The notes beneath the pieces are model-generated. The model did no database searches, was not told the origin of the DNA, and was given only the letters and a program-made list of their open reading frames with translations. 64,000 bases of DNA, from contig CAVYHK010000012.1 of assembly GCA_963768145.1 (NCBI GenBank), forward strand, positions 10,193-74,192, in the 5' to 3' direction. The stretch is from an uncultured Bacteroidota bacterium. Lineage in GTDB: Bacteria > Bacteroidota > Ignavibacteria > Kryptoniales > JAKASW01. How positions within the stretch are numbered: position 1 is the stretch's first letter; each line of letters starts with the position of its first letter. This document shows, one piece after another, positions 1 through 9,041 of this stretch. Position numbers and translations under genes: made by a program.

Positions 1-277
1 CAAATATCCGTAGCATCTTCTCCGCAAAGTCGACTCCCACTATTCTCGATGGATTCTTTTTCGCCGCTTCAATCGAAAGATCGCCGGTGCCACAAGCGAC
101 ATCCAGGAATAATTCCCCATCACGAAGCCGCGAGATTCCTATCGTCCGCTTCCTCCAGTGCCGATCAATCCCTGCACTCAGGAAATGGTTAAGAAAATCA
201 TAGCGGCCGGAGACATCATTGAACATTCGGCGGATAGAGACACTCTTCTGTTCTGCGGAAATAGTTTCCTCACCCAT
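1..277 (-). CDS. menG: UbiE/MenG family quinone C-methyltransferase (5' part; runs off window start)
   Basis: Manual translation from ATG at 277: MGEETISAEQKSVSIRRMFNDVSGRYDFLNHFLSAGIDRHWRKRT...FLDVACGTGDL...GVDFAEKML. It has the MF-x-x-V/I-x-x-x-YD-x-LN motif and the SAM-binding DVACGTGD. The start overlaps the stop of the upstream gene. Confidence 0.9.
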   Translation of the reverse strand, partial: MGEETISAEQKSVSIRRMFNDVSGRYDFLNHFLSAGIDRHWRKRTIGISRLRDGELFLDVACGTGDLSIEAAKKNPSRIVGVDFAEKMLRIF

Positions 278-1367
278 TTGCTCTCTGCGCGAGCTCGGCG
301 ATCTTCTTCTGGTAAGTCTCCGCCTGCTCCGGTTTCTTCCGGATCAAGATAGTGTACGCTTCAATAGCTGTTTTCAATTGCCCCTGTTGCTCGAAGATCC
401 TGGCGAGCGTTTCTGTCACAATCTCGGGAGTAAGTTCTATGCCCGCTTCTTCACTCTGCTCCCGTGGGCGATCATCGTTGGGCCTTATCGGTTCCGCGGC
501 TTCGAGCTCACGTGCGAGTGCATCAAGATCAAAATCACCGGTATCCGGTCCGCCTTCATCTGGCTCAAAAGTCGAAGAAAGGGACTCGGGCACGATGAAT
601 TCCTTTTCCGTTGGCGGAATCTCAACAGTGGATGGTTCGGCTTGGATCAACGGTTTTTCGCTCTCTGCCTCCCTTAAATCGGGAGATTCACCGGACTTCG
701 ATTCAATTTCACGAGCAACTCTTTCTATTATTGCCTTTGCGATTGTCGAACGCCCTTCGACTTTTCCGGACATTCCCGGCATCTCCTCCCTAGCGTGTCC
801 AAGGTCGAGATGCTTGGGATGCCTCTCTACTTGAGAAGGGAATAATGTCGATGTTAGCAGTTGCGTTTCTATCTGCGAATGTTCGTCACCGATTATGGCA
901 TCCAGCCCCGGTATAATTAGATCTTCGCCTGTCTCTTTTGGGCGGTATGCTTCAATCGTTTCCTCGATGGTTTTCATCAAATCTTTGCCGCCGGCCCTGT
1001 TCTTTTGAAATTGTTCCGCAAGTTTTCTGCCAATTTCATCGGCTTGTTCTTCTTTGTCCAATTTTGCTGCCAGGTTTTCAGCGATCTTGGAACCAGGGTT
1101 AAGATCTATTGCTCTGGCTAATTCTTTCCTCGCATCATAAAACAGGCGGGCTTTCATCATAGCCATGGCAAGAACTATGTGACCTGTCGAATAGTTCGGA
1201 TGGGATATGACCCCCCGCTGAGCCACTGACAACGCTTCAGCGATCCTATCCGTCACGAGGTAGGAAGATGAAAGCATCGCAAAAAATGACGACGCCGGAT
1301 TAGTCTGCACCCGTTCTTCAAGATACTTGAGAAAGTCTTCGTCATCGTTGCTATAATGGTAGGTCAT
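270..1367 (-). CDS. Tetratricopeptide-repeat protein
   Basis: TPR-like helices at the N-terminus; C-terminal ETLARIFEQQG...AIEAY motif typical of the TPR gene near lptE in FCB bacteria. Confidence 0.7.
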   Translation of the reverse strand: MTYHYSNDDEDFLKYLEERVQTNPASSFFAMLSSSYLVTDRIAEALSVAQRGVISHPNYSTGHIVLAMAMMKARLFYDARKELARAIDLNPGSKIAENLAAKLDKEEQADEIGRKLAEQFQKNRAGGKDLMKTIEETIEAYRPKETGEDLIIPGLDAIIGDEHSQIETQLLTSTLFPSQVERHPKHLDLGHAREEMPGMSGKVEGRSTIAKAIIERVAREIESKSGESPDLREAESEKPLIQAEPSTVEIPPTEKEFIVPESLSSTFEPDEGGPDTGDFDLDALARELEAAEPIRPNDDRPREQSEEAGIELTPEIVTETLARIFEQQGQLKTAIEAYTILIRKKPEQAETYQKKIAELAQRANG

Positions 1368-1419
1368 TGTCGCGAGATATACTTAGAGATTAGAGCACAC
1401 TTAAAACAATGATGAGACG

Positions 1420-1549
1420 AATCCTCACAGATTAATTCATTCAGATTAAAAAATGAGAATTTAGGATTCCCTGGATGAGAGCTTTCGGAAAAGACTGCAC
1501 TTTGTTGATCCGTGTAATTCCATCCTGACCGCGTCATCAGTTTTCTATT
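1420..1549. repeat. Degenerate intergenic short-unit repeat (CAGATT ... ATCCGTGT/ACCGCGTCATCAG type)
   Basis: CACAGATT/TCAGATT units on the left and complementary ATCCGTGT/CCGCGTCATCAG units on the right; similar to 13650-13740. Confidence 0.35.
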
Positions 1550-3091
1550 TCATTTGCCGATGTTTTGTATGACAGGCTCAGTCTTGGGGGCAAACCGAAC
1601 TGCCGCTTTCTTTGCGATCAAAGCCTCCCTGATTGACAGATAGGAAATCGTGCCGAAGCCCGCAAAGTACAGCAGCTGAAATGGAATAGCCGCGATCTCA
1701 AGGTCAACAATCGACATAATAATTCCCGCCAGGCAGTAAAGCGCCAGAACAAACTCTGCGATCGAGACCCAGTTCATTTTTCGCTGTGTATACCTCTTAT
1801 CTGCCCATGAGCCCTGCTTGCCCGTCCCGCCGTACTTCGGCGTGCGGACAAACTCCGATTTCCTGTTCATCAGCCCTTCAATTACTGCCTTGGTATTGTT
1901 TACCGAAAGCCCCATGCTTCCCGCCATAAAGACCGGGAACAAATAGATTCTTCTTCTCCAATCGCTGTAAACATCCTTTTGACTGTAGAGGTAAAACACA
2001 AATGATCCGAAAAACGCGAATATGAATCCGCTCATCATCATGAACGTCGCGTCGAATTCCCCGCTATGTTTGATAAAGACTATCGGAACTTGAAGAATTC
2101 CTATCAGGAGTACGAAAGGATAGACCATGCTGGAAGATAGATGAATCGTAGAATGTAATTTGATACGGAGAGGCAATTTCGATTTCCAGACTTTCGGAAG
2201 AAGTTTCTTCGACGCTTCGATCGCACCTTTTGTCCACCTAAACTGCTGCGAGCGAAGTGAGTTTATATCCGCCGGAAGCTCTGCGGGAGAAGTATATTCC
2301 TTCATGAACACAAAATGCCAACCCTTAAGCTGGGCTCTATAACTTAAGTCGAGGTCCTCGGCAAGCGTATCAGCTTCCCAATTACCTGCATCTTCGATGC
2401 AGCTTCTTCTCCAAACACCTGCCGTCCCATTAAAGTTGATGAAAAAACCGGCTTTGTTCCGAACCTGCTGCTCAATTACAAAATGTCCATCCAGAGCAAT
2501 TGCCTGTGCACGCGTAAGCAGCGAGTAGTCGCTGTTGATATGCTCCCATCTCGTTTGAACAAGGCCGACTTTCGCATCCACAAAATAGGGAAGGGTCTTC
2601 TTAAGAAAGTCTACTCGTGGGATGAAGTCAGCATCGAAGATCGCCACGTACTCGCCCCGCGCCTGAGCGAGTCCATACTTCAATGCACCGGCCTTGTAGC
2701 CCTGTCGATTTCTTCTTCTAATATGTTTGATGTCAAAACCCGCGCGAGCTTTTTCGGAAATCTTCTGCGCTAAGATGGAAGTGGTCTCATCCGTCGAGTC
2801 ATCCAGAACCTGAATTTCAATTCTGTCTTTCGGATAGTCCAATGCACAGATTGCGTCCACGGCACGATTTACGACATACAGCTCGTTGTAAACCGGAAGC
2901 TGGACCGTGACAACCGGGATGTCTTTCAACTCTCCCTTTCGTGCAACTTGCTTCTTCCGATACTTGAAATAATAATATATCATCAAGAAGCCATTCGACC
3001 CGAAGATGAACGGGAAGCTCAAGACAATTATATAAAAAATTAAAAGTGCGTTCTCGACGCGCGGTGACATTTTATCATGCTCCTTTGGCAT
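1550..3091 (-). CDS. Cellulose-synthase-like GT2 glycosyltransferase, membrane-bound
   Basis: QLPVYNE, DDS, KAG, FDADF, EDLDL and QQFRW (QxxRW) motifs plus TM helices. Confidence 0.9.
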   Translation of the reverse strand: MPKEHDKMSPRVENALLIFYIIVLSFPFIFGSNGFLMIYYYFKYRKKQVARKGELKDIPVVTVQLPVYNELYVVNRAVDAICALDYPKDRIEIQVLDDSTDETTSILAQKISEKARAGFDIKHIRRRNRQGYKAGALKYGLAQARGEYVAIFDADFIPRVDFLKKTLPYFVDAKVGLVQTRWEHINSDYSLLTRAQAIALDGHFVIEQQVRNKAGFFINFNGTAGVWRRSCIEDAGNWEADTLAEDLDLSYRAQLKGWHFVFMKEYTSPAELPADINSLRSQQFRWTKGAIEASKKLLPKVWKSKLPLRIKLHSTIHLSSSMVYPFVLLIGILQVPIVFIKHSGEFDATFMMMSGFIFAFFGSFVFYLYSQKDVYSDWRRRIYLFPVFMAGSMGLSVNNTKAVIEGLMNRKSEFVRTPKYGGTGKQGSWADKRYTQRKMNWVSIAEFVLALYCLAGIIMSIVDLEIAAIPFQLLYFAGFGTISYLSIREALIAKKAAVRFAPKTEPVIQNIGK

Positions 3092-3583
3092 TTACCAGTT
3101 CGTGACCACAGCTAAGAGGATATCCTCCGTTAACTTGTCTTCTGCCTGGGTTAAGCCTGCATCTCTGTTCGAAGGACCTGCACTTGGGTCATAGTCTCCC
3201 CAATTTGAGAAGTCTTTCGACCAGATATTTTTTTGTGTCTTAAGGTTCTGAAATTTTATTGAAACATTTACTGTGATTTGCCATTTGCCGACTTGTTGAT
3301 TTCCTGCGACGGCGGCAGCTTGAGTCGTCACATTGCTTACAGTCCCGATTATTGCAGCATCAGCGCTTGACATGTTTGTTACTTGAAGCGTATTGTCGGC
3401 AACCAATTTCTGCGTCAACTGATTTGTGAGATTAATTCTAAGGTTCGGATCGCCGAACCCGCTATTGTCATCGAAAACCTGCACGGCGACGGAGCGGACC
3501 CCAGGCGGAAGCGAAGCTCCGCGAAAAGAGTAGGTGCATCCGGCAGAGGCGAATAAAAACGCCAAAAGCAGGTAATATTTCAT
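3092..3583 (-). CDS. lptE: LPS assembly lipoprotein LptE family
   Basis: Lipobox SAGC followed by YSFRGAS; C-terminal 'TEDILLAVVTNW' typical of FCB LptE. Confidence 0.8.
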   Translation of the reverse strand: MKYYLLLAFLFASAGCTYSFRGASLPPGVRSVAVQVFDDNSGFGDPNLRINLTNQLTQKLVADNTLQVTNMSSADAAIIGTVSNVTTQAAAVAGNQQVGKWQITVNVSIKFQNLKTQKNIWSKDFSNWGDYDPSAGPSNRDAGLTQAEDKLTEDILLAVVTNW

Positions 3584-4788
3584 GACATGTCTCTTAATTT
3601 ATACTGTTGAAGCTTGCGATACAAAGAACGCATGCTAATCCCCAAGGCATTCGCGGCAAGCTGCTTATTGCCATAAAACTTGCGCAGCGCTTTCTGAATG
3701 AGCACCTTCTCCATCTCCTCGATGTTCAAATCTTTTCCATCTTCCCCAGAATTCTCACCCGATGTAAATTGTGGAACAGGCACACTTTTGGCAAAGGCAT
3801 CGGCGGCGGCCGGAAGCGCCAATTTTCTTTCAAGCGCGTTGGATTCTATTGAACTTCTGAGATCCACTATGTCGTTCTTAATTTCCCACAGAGCTCGCAA
3901 GATTAATTCCCGCTCAGATTCCTCCGGGGTTTTGCCGACCCGAATCGGAAGAAACTTGTTCGTCGTCTCGGTGGAATAGAATGCGCCAGACCTCGGAAGA
4001 TGTTTATCCAGAGTTGCCGCGGTGACTTGGTTGCCTCGCTCAAGAACAATGATGCTCTCGACCAAGTTTTTTAACTCGCGAACATTCCCGGGCCATTCCA
4101 AACCACTGAGAATTTCGACCGCTTCCGGCGTGAACCCTCCAAATTTTATTTTCTGGCTCGTCGTAAAATTCTGCACAAACTGCTCGACAAGTGCCGGGAT
4201 ATCCTCTCGACGATCTCTCAGCGGCGGGACAAAAATATTAACTGACCTTAACCTGTAATAGAGATCTTGCCTGAAATACCCACGTGCGACCTCTGCTTCG
4301 AGCGGTTTGTTGGAGGCAGCGACAACTCTCACATCAACTTTTTGAGTCGATGAGGAGCCGACCCGCATGAACTCGCCAGTTTCAATAACTCTGAGGAGCT
4401 TGACCTGTGTGGATAGTGGTGTGTCTCCGATCTCATCGAGAAACAGAGTTCCATGATCCGCAATTTCGAAATAACCTTTGCGAGATTCTACGGCTCCGGT
4501 GAATGCTCCGCGTTGGTGCCCGAACAGTTCCGATTCAAGGATACCCTCAGGAATTGCACCGCAATTTACTGCAACAAGTTGATTACCTGCACGCATGCTT
4601 GCACCATGGATCGCTCGCGCAATGACTTCTTTTCCAACCCCGCTTTCGCCGCTGATCAAGACAGTCACGTCGGTAGGAGCCACCTGCATTACAGTTGCGA
4701 CAACTTCCTTCATTGCTGTCGAAACACCGTTTATGCCGAACTTATCTTGAAACTCTTCGACTGTCATTTCAATCACTATAGCTTTCAC
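3580..4788 (-). CDS. Sigma-54-dependent Fis-family activator without an N-terminal receiver
   Basis: GESGVGKE, GAFTGA, FLDEIG and WPGNVREL motifs; C-terminal Fis HTH. Confidence 0.92.
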   Translation of the reverse strand: MKAIVIEMTVEEFQDKFGINGVSTAMKEVVATVMQVAPTDVTVLISGESGVGKEVIARAIHGASMRAGNQLVAVNCGAIPEGILESELFGHQRGAFTGAVESRKGYFEIADHGTLFLDEIGDTPLSTQVKLLRVIETGEFMRVGSSSTQKVDVRVVAASNKPLEAEVARGYFRQDLYYRLRSVNIFVPPLRDRREDIPALVEQFVQNFTTSQKIKFGGFTPEAVEILSGLEWPGNVRELKNLVESIIVLERGNQVTAATLDKHLPRSGAFYSTETTNKFLPIRVGKTPEESERELILRALWEIKNDIVDLRSSIESNALERKLALPAAADAFAKSVPVPQFTSGENSGEDGKDLNIEEMEKVLIQKALRKFYGNKQLAANALGISMRSLYRKLQQYKLRDMS

Positions 4789-4814
4789 ACGCTTTGAAAA
4801 CGCGTGAGATTTCG

Positions 4815-5573
4815 CTAAATATCAAAAATTTGCCCGTCATGGACCGCATTGATCCTTCCTACTCCAAACTTTTCACGCAACTCTTTTCTCCATTTTCCAC
4901 CAGGCTCAAGTTCTTGTGGAATGTGAGTGAAAAAGATATTGTCATTTGCTTTCTTAGAAATTTGAGCGATCTCTCCAAGTTCCGGATGTGCGGCTTCGAT
5001 CAGCGCCAGAGAGCCCTCAATCCGTGAATCAATTTCACCGATTGAGCCGATGTCGCTACTGAAAAAGAATGACTTGTTTCGTTCACGCACCACCACGGCG
5101 AAACTCAGCGGATCAATTCCTGCCTTCAATGCCGGTTCTATATACTTAGCGAGATGGTTAGTCGGGATGAATTCAAGCTCCACATTGTCGCCGAGATTCT
5201 TCTTGCCAGCTTCCAGAGGCAACAGATCGAACTTGAAAGACCATCTTTCATTGTAAATAAACAAATTCGCGAGCCAGGATTTTACAAAGTCAAGCTGCGT
5301 CGCTGGAACGTGGACCCGCACCGGCTCTCTTCGATCAAGCACATGCATAGCAGTTAGAACTGCTGGCAAACCGGCGCAATGGTCAGCATGCATGTGAGTT
5401 AGGAAAATATGCTGAATCGAAAAGAAATCTACTTCGGCTTTCTGCAGGGCGCGAACCGCATCTGAGCCGCAGTCGATCATGAAGCATTGATTGACGCTCT
5501 CCACCAAATAGGCACTGTTAAGCCTTGACAAATCAGAAAAAGCAGAACCGGAACCTAACACGGTGATCTTCAT
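4815..5573 (-). CDS. MBL-fold metallohydrolase (RNase Z/BN-like)
   Basis: MKITVLGSGS start, IDCG, THMHADH motif; ATGA overlap with the upstream gene. Confidence 0.85.
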   Translation of the reverse strand: MKITVLGSGSAFSDLSRLNSAYLVESVNQCFMIDCGSDAVRALQKAEVDFFSIQHIFLTHMHADHCAGLPAVLTAMHVLDRREPVRVHVPATQLDFVKSWLANLFIYNERWSFKFDLLPLEAGKKNLGDNVELEFIPTNHLAKYIEPALKAGIDPLSFAVVVRERNKSFFFSSDIGSIGEIDSRIEGSLALIEAAHPELGEIAQISKKANDNIFFTHIPQELEPGGKWRKELREKFGVGRINAVHDGQIFDI

Positions 5574-6337
5574 TCCCGTGATTCTCCTGCCTTCACGACC
5601 ACGCAATCAATCGACTTGCTTTTCAGATGGGATGCAAAATGTTCCGCATCTTCCCGAGTCGAGAATTTTCCAGTCGTCACCGCATAAAATTTCTTTTCCG
5701 CTGACGTCCTCAAAGAAACGGTTGCTTTGATGTCTTCCGTTTTCAAACGAGCCACAAGTCTCTCGGCATTCTCTCGCGTAGAAAACAGGCCAAGTTGCAC
5801 TGAGAATTTCTCCACCTTGTTCGACGTTGATCCGGTTTGAAGCTCTGGGCCTTGCACTTGCGCAGATGCTGGCAAAGCTGGATTTCGAACTGTGTCTTCC
5901 AAACCGGCGGGATCAACAAGTTGAGTCGCTCCAGGATACTTGCAGAGCTCAAGATAATCCGCACGGGCTAACCGGTAGTTGCCTGCTGCGTAATGGTACT
6001 TGTAAAGTTGCAGCAGAGCCTCGCGAGCGATCGGCCTGCCGGGATATTCATTGACAATGACTTTGTAAATATTGGTGGCCTGCCCCGCATCCGGTATCAA
6101 AGCGGCACGGACAAACATGGCAAATGGATTTGAGGCGTCCGCAGACAATAGGTGTTTTCTTGCGTCATCGAGATCACCAGCTTTGAATGCGAAATATGCT
6201 TTCTCGGCATTCATGAAACCAATATCGGGCTTGTTTGCAGTCTGGGTATCTCTGCTTGCAAATCTCTGCGCAAGCACCGGGCATGCGGTCATAATTATGA
6301 TAGAGAGAATTGAATTGACCAACGGGCTCGCTTTCAT
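5570..6337 (-). CDS. SPOR-domain protein with signal peptide
   Basis: C-terminal FSVQLGLFSTRENA...YAVTTGKFSTREDA SPOR motif. Confidence 0.8.
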   Translation of the reverse strand: MKASPLVNSILSIIIMTACPVLAQRFASRDTQTANKPDIGFMNAEKAYFAFKAGDLDDARKHLLSADASNPFAMFVRAALIPDAGQATNIYKVIVNEYPGRPIAREALLQLYKYHYAAGNYRLARADYLELCKYPGATQLVDPAGLEDTVRNPALPASAQVQGPELQTGSTSNKVEKFSVQLGLFSTRENAERLVARLKTEDIKATVSLRTSAEKKFYAVTTGKFSTREDAEHFASHLKSKSIDCVVVKAGESRE

Positions 6338-6338
6338 C

Positions 6339-7691
6339 TCAATTAAGGCTCGTCAAAACCTCTCCGAATAATGTCGCGGCCGATGCTCTGTTTATCTTCA
6401 CGTTTACTATATCTCCCGGTTTGAATGGGCCGAGAGGGAAAATAGTTGTCTTATTGGAACCAGTCCTGCCACTTAGCTGCAAATCCGATTTCTTGCTCGC
6501 CCCTTCGACCATTACTTTGACCACTTTGCCAATCATCGATTGGTTCACTTCAAATGAAATCTTCTGCTGCAATGAGATAATTTCATTCAGTCTCCGCGTT
6601 TTGATCTCATCTGTGAGATCGCTGCCTAATCTAAATGCAGGGGTTCCTTCGCGCGGAGAATACTTAAACATATATGCACCATCATAGCGAATTTCAGCCA
6701 TTAGATTAAGCGTCTCACGGTGCTGCTTTTCTGTCTCGCCTGGGAAGCTCGTTATTATGTCCGTCGACAATGCAACATCTGGAATTCTACTGCGAATCTT
6801 ACGGACAAGCTCGACATAATATTCGCGTGTGTAAGTCCTGTTCATTGCTTCGAGTACTTCGTTCGACCCAGACTGCACCGGCAAATGGACATATTTGCAA
6901 AGATTGTCATGGCTCGCAATGGTATCTATCAGCTTATCTGACAAATCTTGCGGGTGCGAAGTGGTGAATCTCACACGCAGGTCAGGATCGACCTTCGCCA
7001 CCGCCACAAGCAAATCGGAAAAATCCGAATTGTCGTCGCGATAAGAATTCACATTTTGGCCGAGCAAAGTTACCTCGTGAAAACCCTGCCCGACAAGCCT
7101 CTCCACTTCCCTTACGACACTCTTCAAAGTCCGGCTTCTCTCACGACCCCGAGTAAATGGGACAACACAAAACGTACAGAACTTGTCGCATCCCCGCATC
7201 ACGGAAATCCAGGCAGAGATTCCTTCGGTTCTTAATGGCACAATGTCATCATAAGTTTCCGTCCTGGAGAGTTGCACACCTATTCCCCGCGTACCGCTAA
7301 TTGCGTCTTCCAAAAGTTGAGGCAGCTTGCGATATTCATCGGGTCCCACCACAACGTCAACTTTATGTTTGTCCATGAGATTCGCGCGAAGACGTTCTGC
7401 CATGCACCCAAGAATTCCGACAACCAAATTCGGTCTATCAATTCTCTTTTTCTTTATGACTCCGAGCCGCTGGTGAATCTTCTCCTCGGCATGTTCCCGG
7501 ACGCTGCAAGTATTGAGAAGGATCACATCTGCCTCATCGATGATCTGAGTCGGTAAGTACCCCGATTTATTCATTATCCCAAGGACTATCTCCGTATCCG
7601 CAAGGTTCATCTGGCATCCATACGTCTCCACATATACTCTCAATTCCCCGGAGTGGGGTCTCTGACTATCCTCACCGTTCATATGCGCCAT
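6339..7691 (-). CDS. miaB: tRNA-2-methylthio-N6-dimethylallyladenosine synthase
   Basis: ETYGCQMN, NTCSVRE, radical-SAM CDKFCTFC and C-terminal TRAM domain. Confidence 0.96.
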   Translation of the reverse strand: MAHMNGEDSQRPHSGELRVYVETYGCQMNLADTEIVLGIMNKSGYLPTQIIDEADVILLNTCSVREHAEEKIHQRLGVIKKKRIDRPNLVVGILGCMAERLRANLMDKHKVDVVVGPDEYRKLPQLLEDAISGTRGIGVQLSRTETYDDIVPLRTEGISAWISVMRGCDKFCTFCVVPFTRGRERSRTLKSVVREVERLVGQGFHEVTLLGQNVNSYRDDNSDFSDLLVAVAKVDPDLRVRFTTSHPQDLSDKLIDTIASHDNLCKYVHLPVQSGSNEVLEAMNRTYTREYYVELVRKIRSRIPDVALSTDIITSFPGETEKQHRETLNLMAEIRYDGAYMFKYSPREGTPAFRLGSDLTDEIKTRRLNEIISLQQKISFEVNQSMIGKVVKVMVEGASKKSDLQLSGRTGSNKTTIFPLGPFKPGDIVNVKINRASAATLFGEVLTSLN

Positions 7692-8044
7692 TTTGTCATT
7701 ATTATGTAAAATTTCGGCAATAATTTAAGTCCAAGTTGATGAATAAACAACCCACATGGAATGTGCCAAGGGATGGAATGCAAAGGACTTAGGGGCAAAG
7801 ATCTCGTGGGATGCAAATCTGCAGGGCAAGCCCCTTGTGCAAGGGAACAATGAAAAAGGGCTTATTTGCACAGGATTCCTCTCCATCGGAAGAGAGAATC
7901 AGCCATGGAGGATCGGGCCGAATGCCCAATTTCCACTTCTCCCGCAATAGGAAAGGAAGTAGTTTTGATACCCCAACTTCGAAATGAAAGCCCAGGCAAC
8001 AGTCGGGTTTCTTAACTTCCACACCATGATCACCCGAACTTACG

Positions 8045-8080
8045 GCGGTATCCGACGAGGAATCCCTCGCGGGATGCCGC
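8045..8080. repeat. Palindrome/hairpin just downstream of the TPR gene
   Basis: GCGGTATCC-GA-CGAGG-AATC-CCTCG-CG-GGATGCCGC. Confidence 0.55.
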
Positions 8081-8084
8081 TGCC

Positions 8085-8990
8085 CTAGTTCTTCCCATTG
8101 CTCTCCATCATCTTCTTAATCTGTTCCACTTTTTCCTGCGCATTCTTAGAATTCGGATCGATCTCAAGCACTTGGCTGTATTCCGCCAATGATTCTTTAA
8201 GCATCCCTTTCTTCAGGAATCCTTCGCCGAGACTGTCATGGGCATTCGCATCGTTCGGAGCAAGCTCAACCTGCTTTCTAAACTTTTCAATAGCCATGTC
8301 GATTTTCCCCTGGTTGAGCAGAAAGTATCCGTACATATTGTAGAAACCATAGTACTTCCGGTCATCGCCGATTTTCTTTTCGAGCGCAGAAAATTCCTTT
8401 TCAGCCTCATCATTTTTTTTCTGATAGAGATATATTTGCGTGAAAAGAATCCTCCCGCGGATCTCATCCAACTTCAAAACGATATTTGCATGTTCAATAG
8501 CCTTGTTCTCATCGCCTCCCATAATTCCCGGGGCGAACAAATAGAATTGCACGAGTCCTGATTGCGCACCTATGTGGTCTGGATTGATTTCGATCGCCTT
8601 CTGAAACTCATTCTTAACATCTTTTGCTAGAAACGGCTGACGAAAAATGCTCGCATTTTGGGCATCCTTTCCATAACATACACCGAGCCAGTAATGGTAT
8701 TCCGCACTGTCGCCTTCAAGCTTCACGGCTTCTTCGGCTTGATCCTCGGCATTGTCGACGTCGTTCTTGAAGTAGAAAATCTTCGACAGCCAGTAATGAG
8801 GCTCGGCTTGATTCCCGTTTTTATTTATTATTTCTTGAAGAATCACCCTTGATTCGTCGTACTGTTTTTCGTTGAACAATTCCTTAGCTCTTGCCAAATC
8901 ATTCTGTGAATTGGTCCCCCGCGACTGACAAAACGAATAATCAGCTATGATGAAGTAAGAGAGAAAGATTATGGATAAGAAACATTTCAT
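8085..8990 (-). CDS. Secreted TPR protein
   Basis: Signal peptide then several TPRs (AEPHYWLSK, AEYHYWLGV, ANAHDSLGE). Confidence 0.85.
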   Translation of the reverse strand: MKCFLSIIFLSYFIIADYSFCQSRGTNSQNDLARAKELFNEKQYDESRVILQEIINKNGNQAEPHYWLSKIFYFKNDVDNAEDQAEEAVKLEGDSAEYHYWLGVCYGKDAQNASIFRQPFLAKDVKNEFQKAIEINPDHIGAQSGLVQFYLFAPGIMGGDENKAIEHANIVLKLDEIRGRILFTQIYLYQKKNDEAEKEFSALEKKIGDDRKYYGFYNMYGYFLLNQGKIDMAIEKFRKQVELAPNDANAHDSLGEGFLKKGMLKESLAEYSQVLEIDPNSKNAQEKVEQIKKMMESNGKN

Positions 8991-9041
8991 AGCCAGCCTC
9001 CTTATAATTTTAGATTGTGCCAATCTCTTCTGTCAACCAGC

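Noticed and set aside
7791..7835. c-di-GMP-I riboswitch-like words (GGCAAA...GGGATGCAAA)
   Set aside because: No GNRA-capped P2 stem, no matching 3' end, and no downstream gene on that strand
7789..8022. 77-aa ORF (and the 64-aa opposite-strand ORF)
   Set aside because: No recognisable motif or RBS; the region looks non-coding
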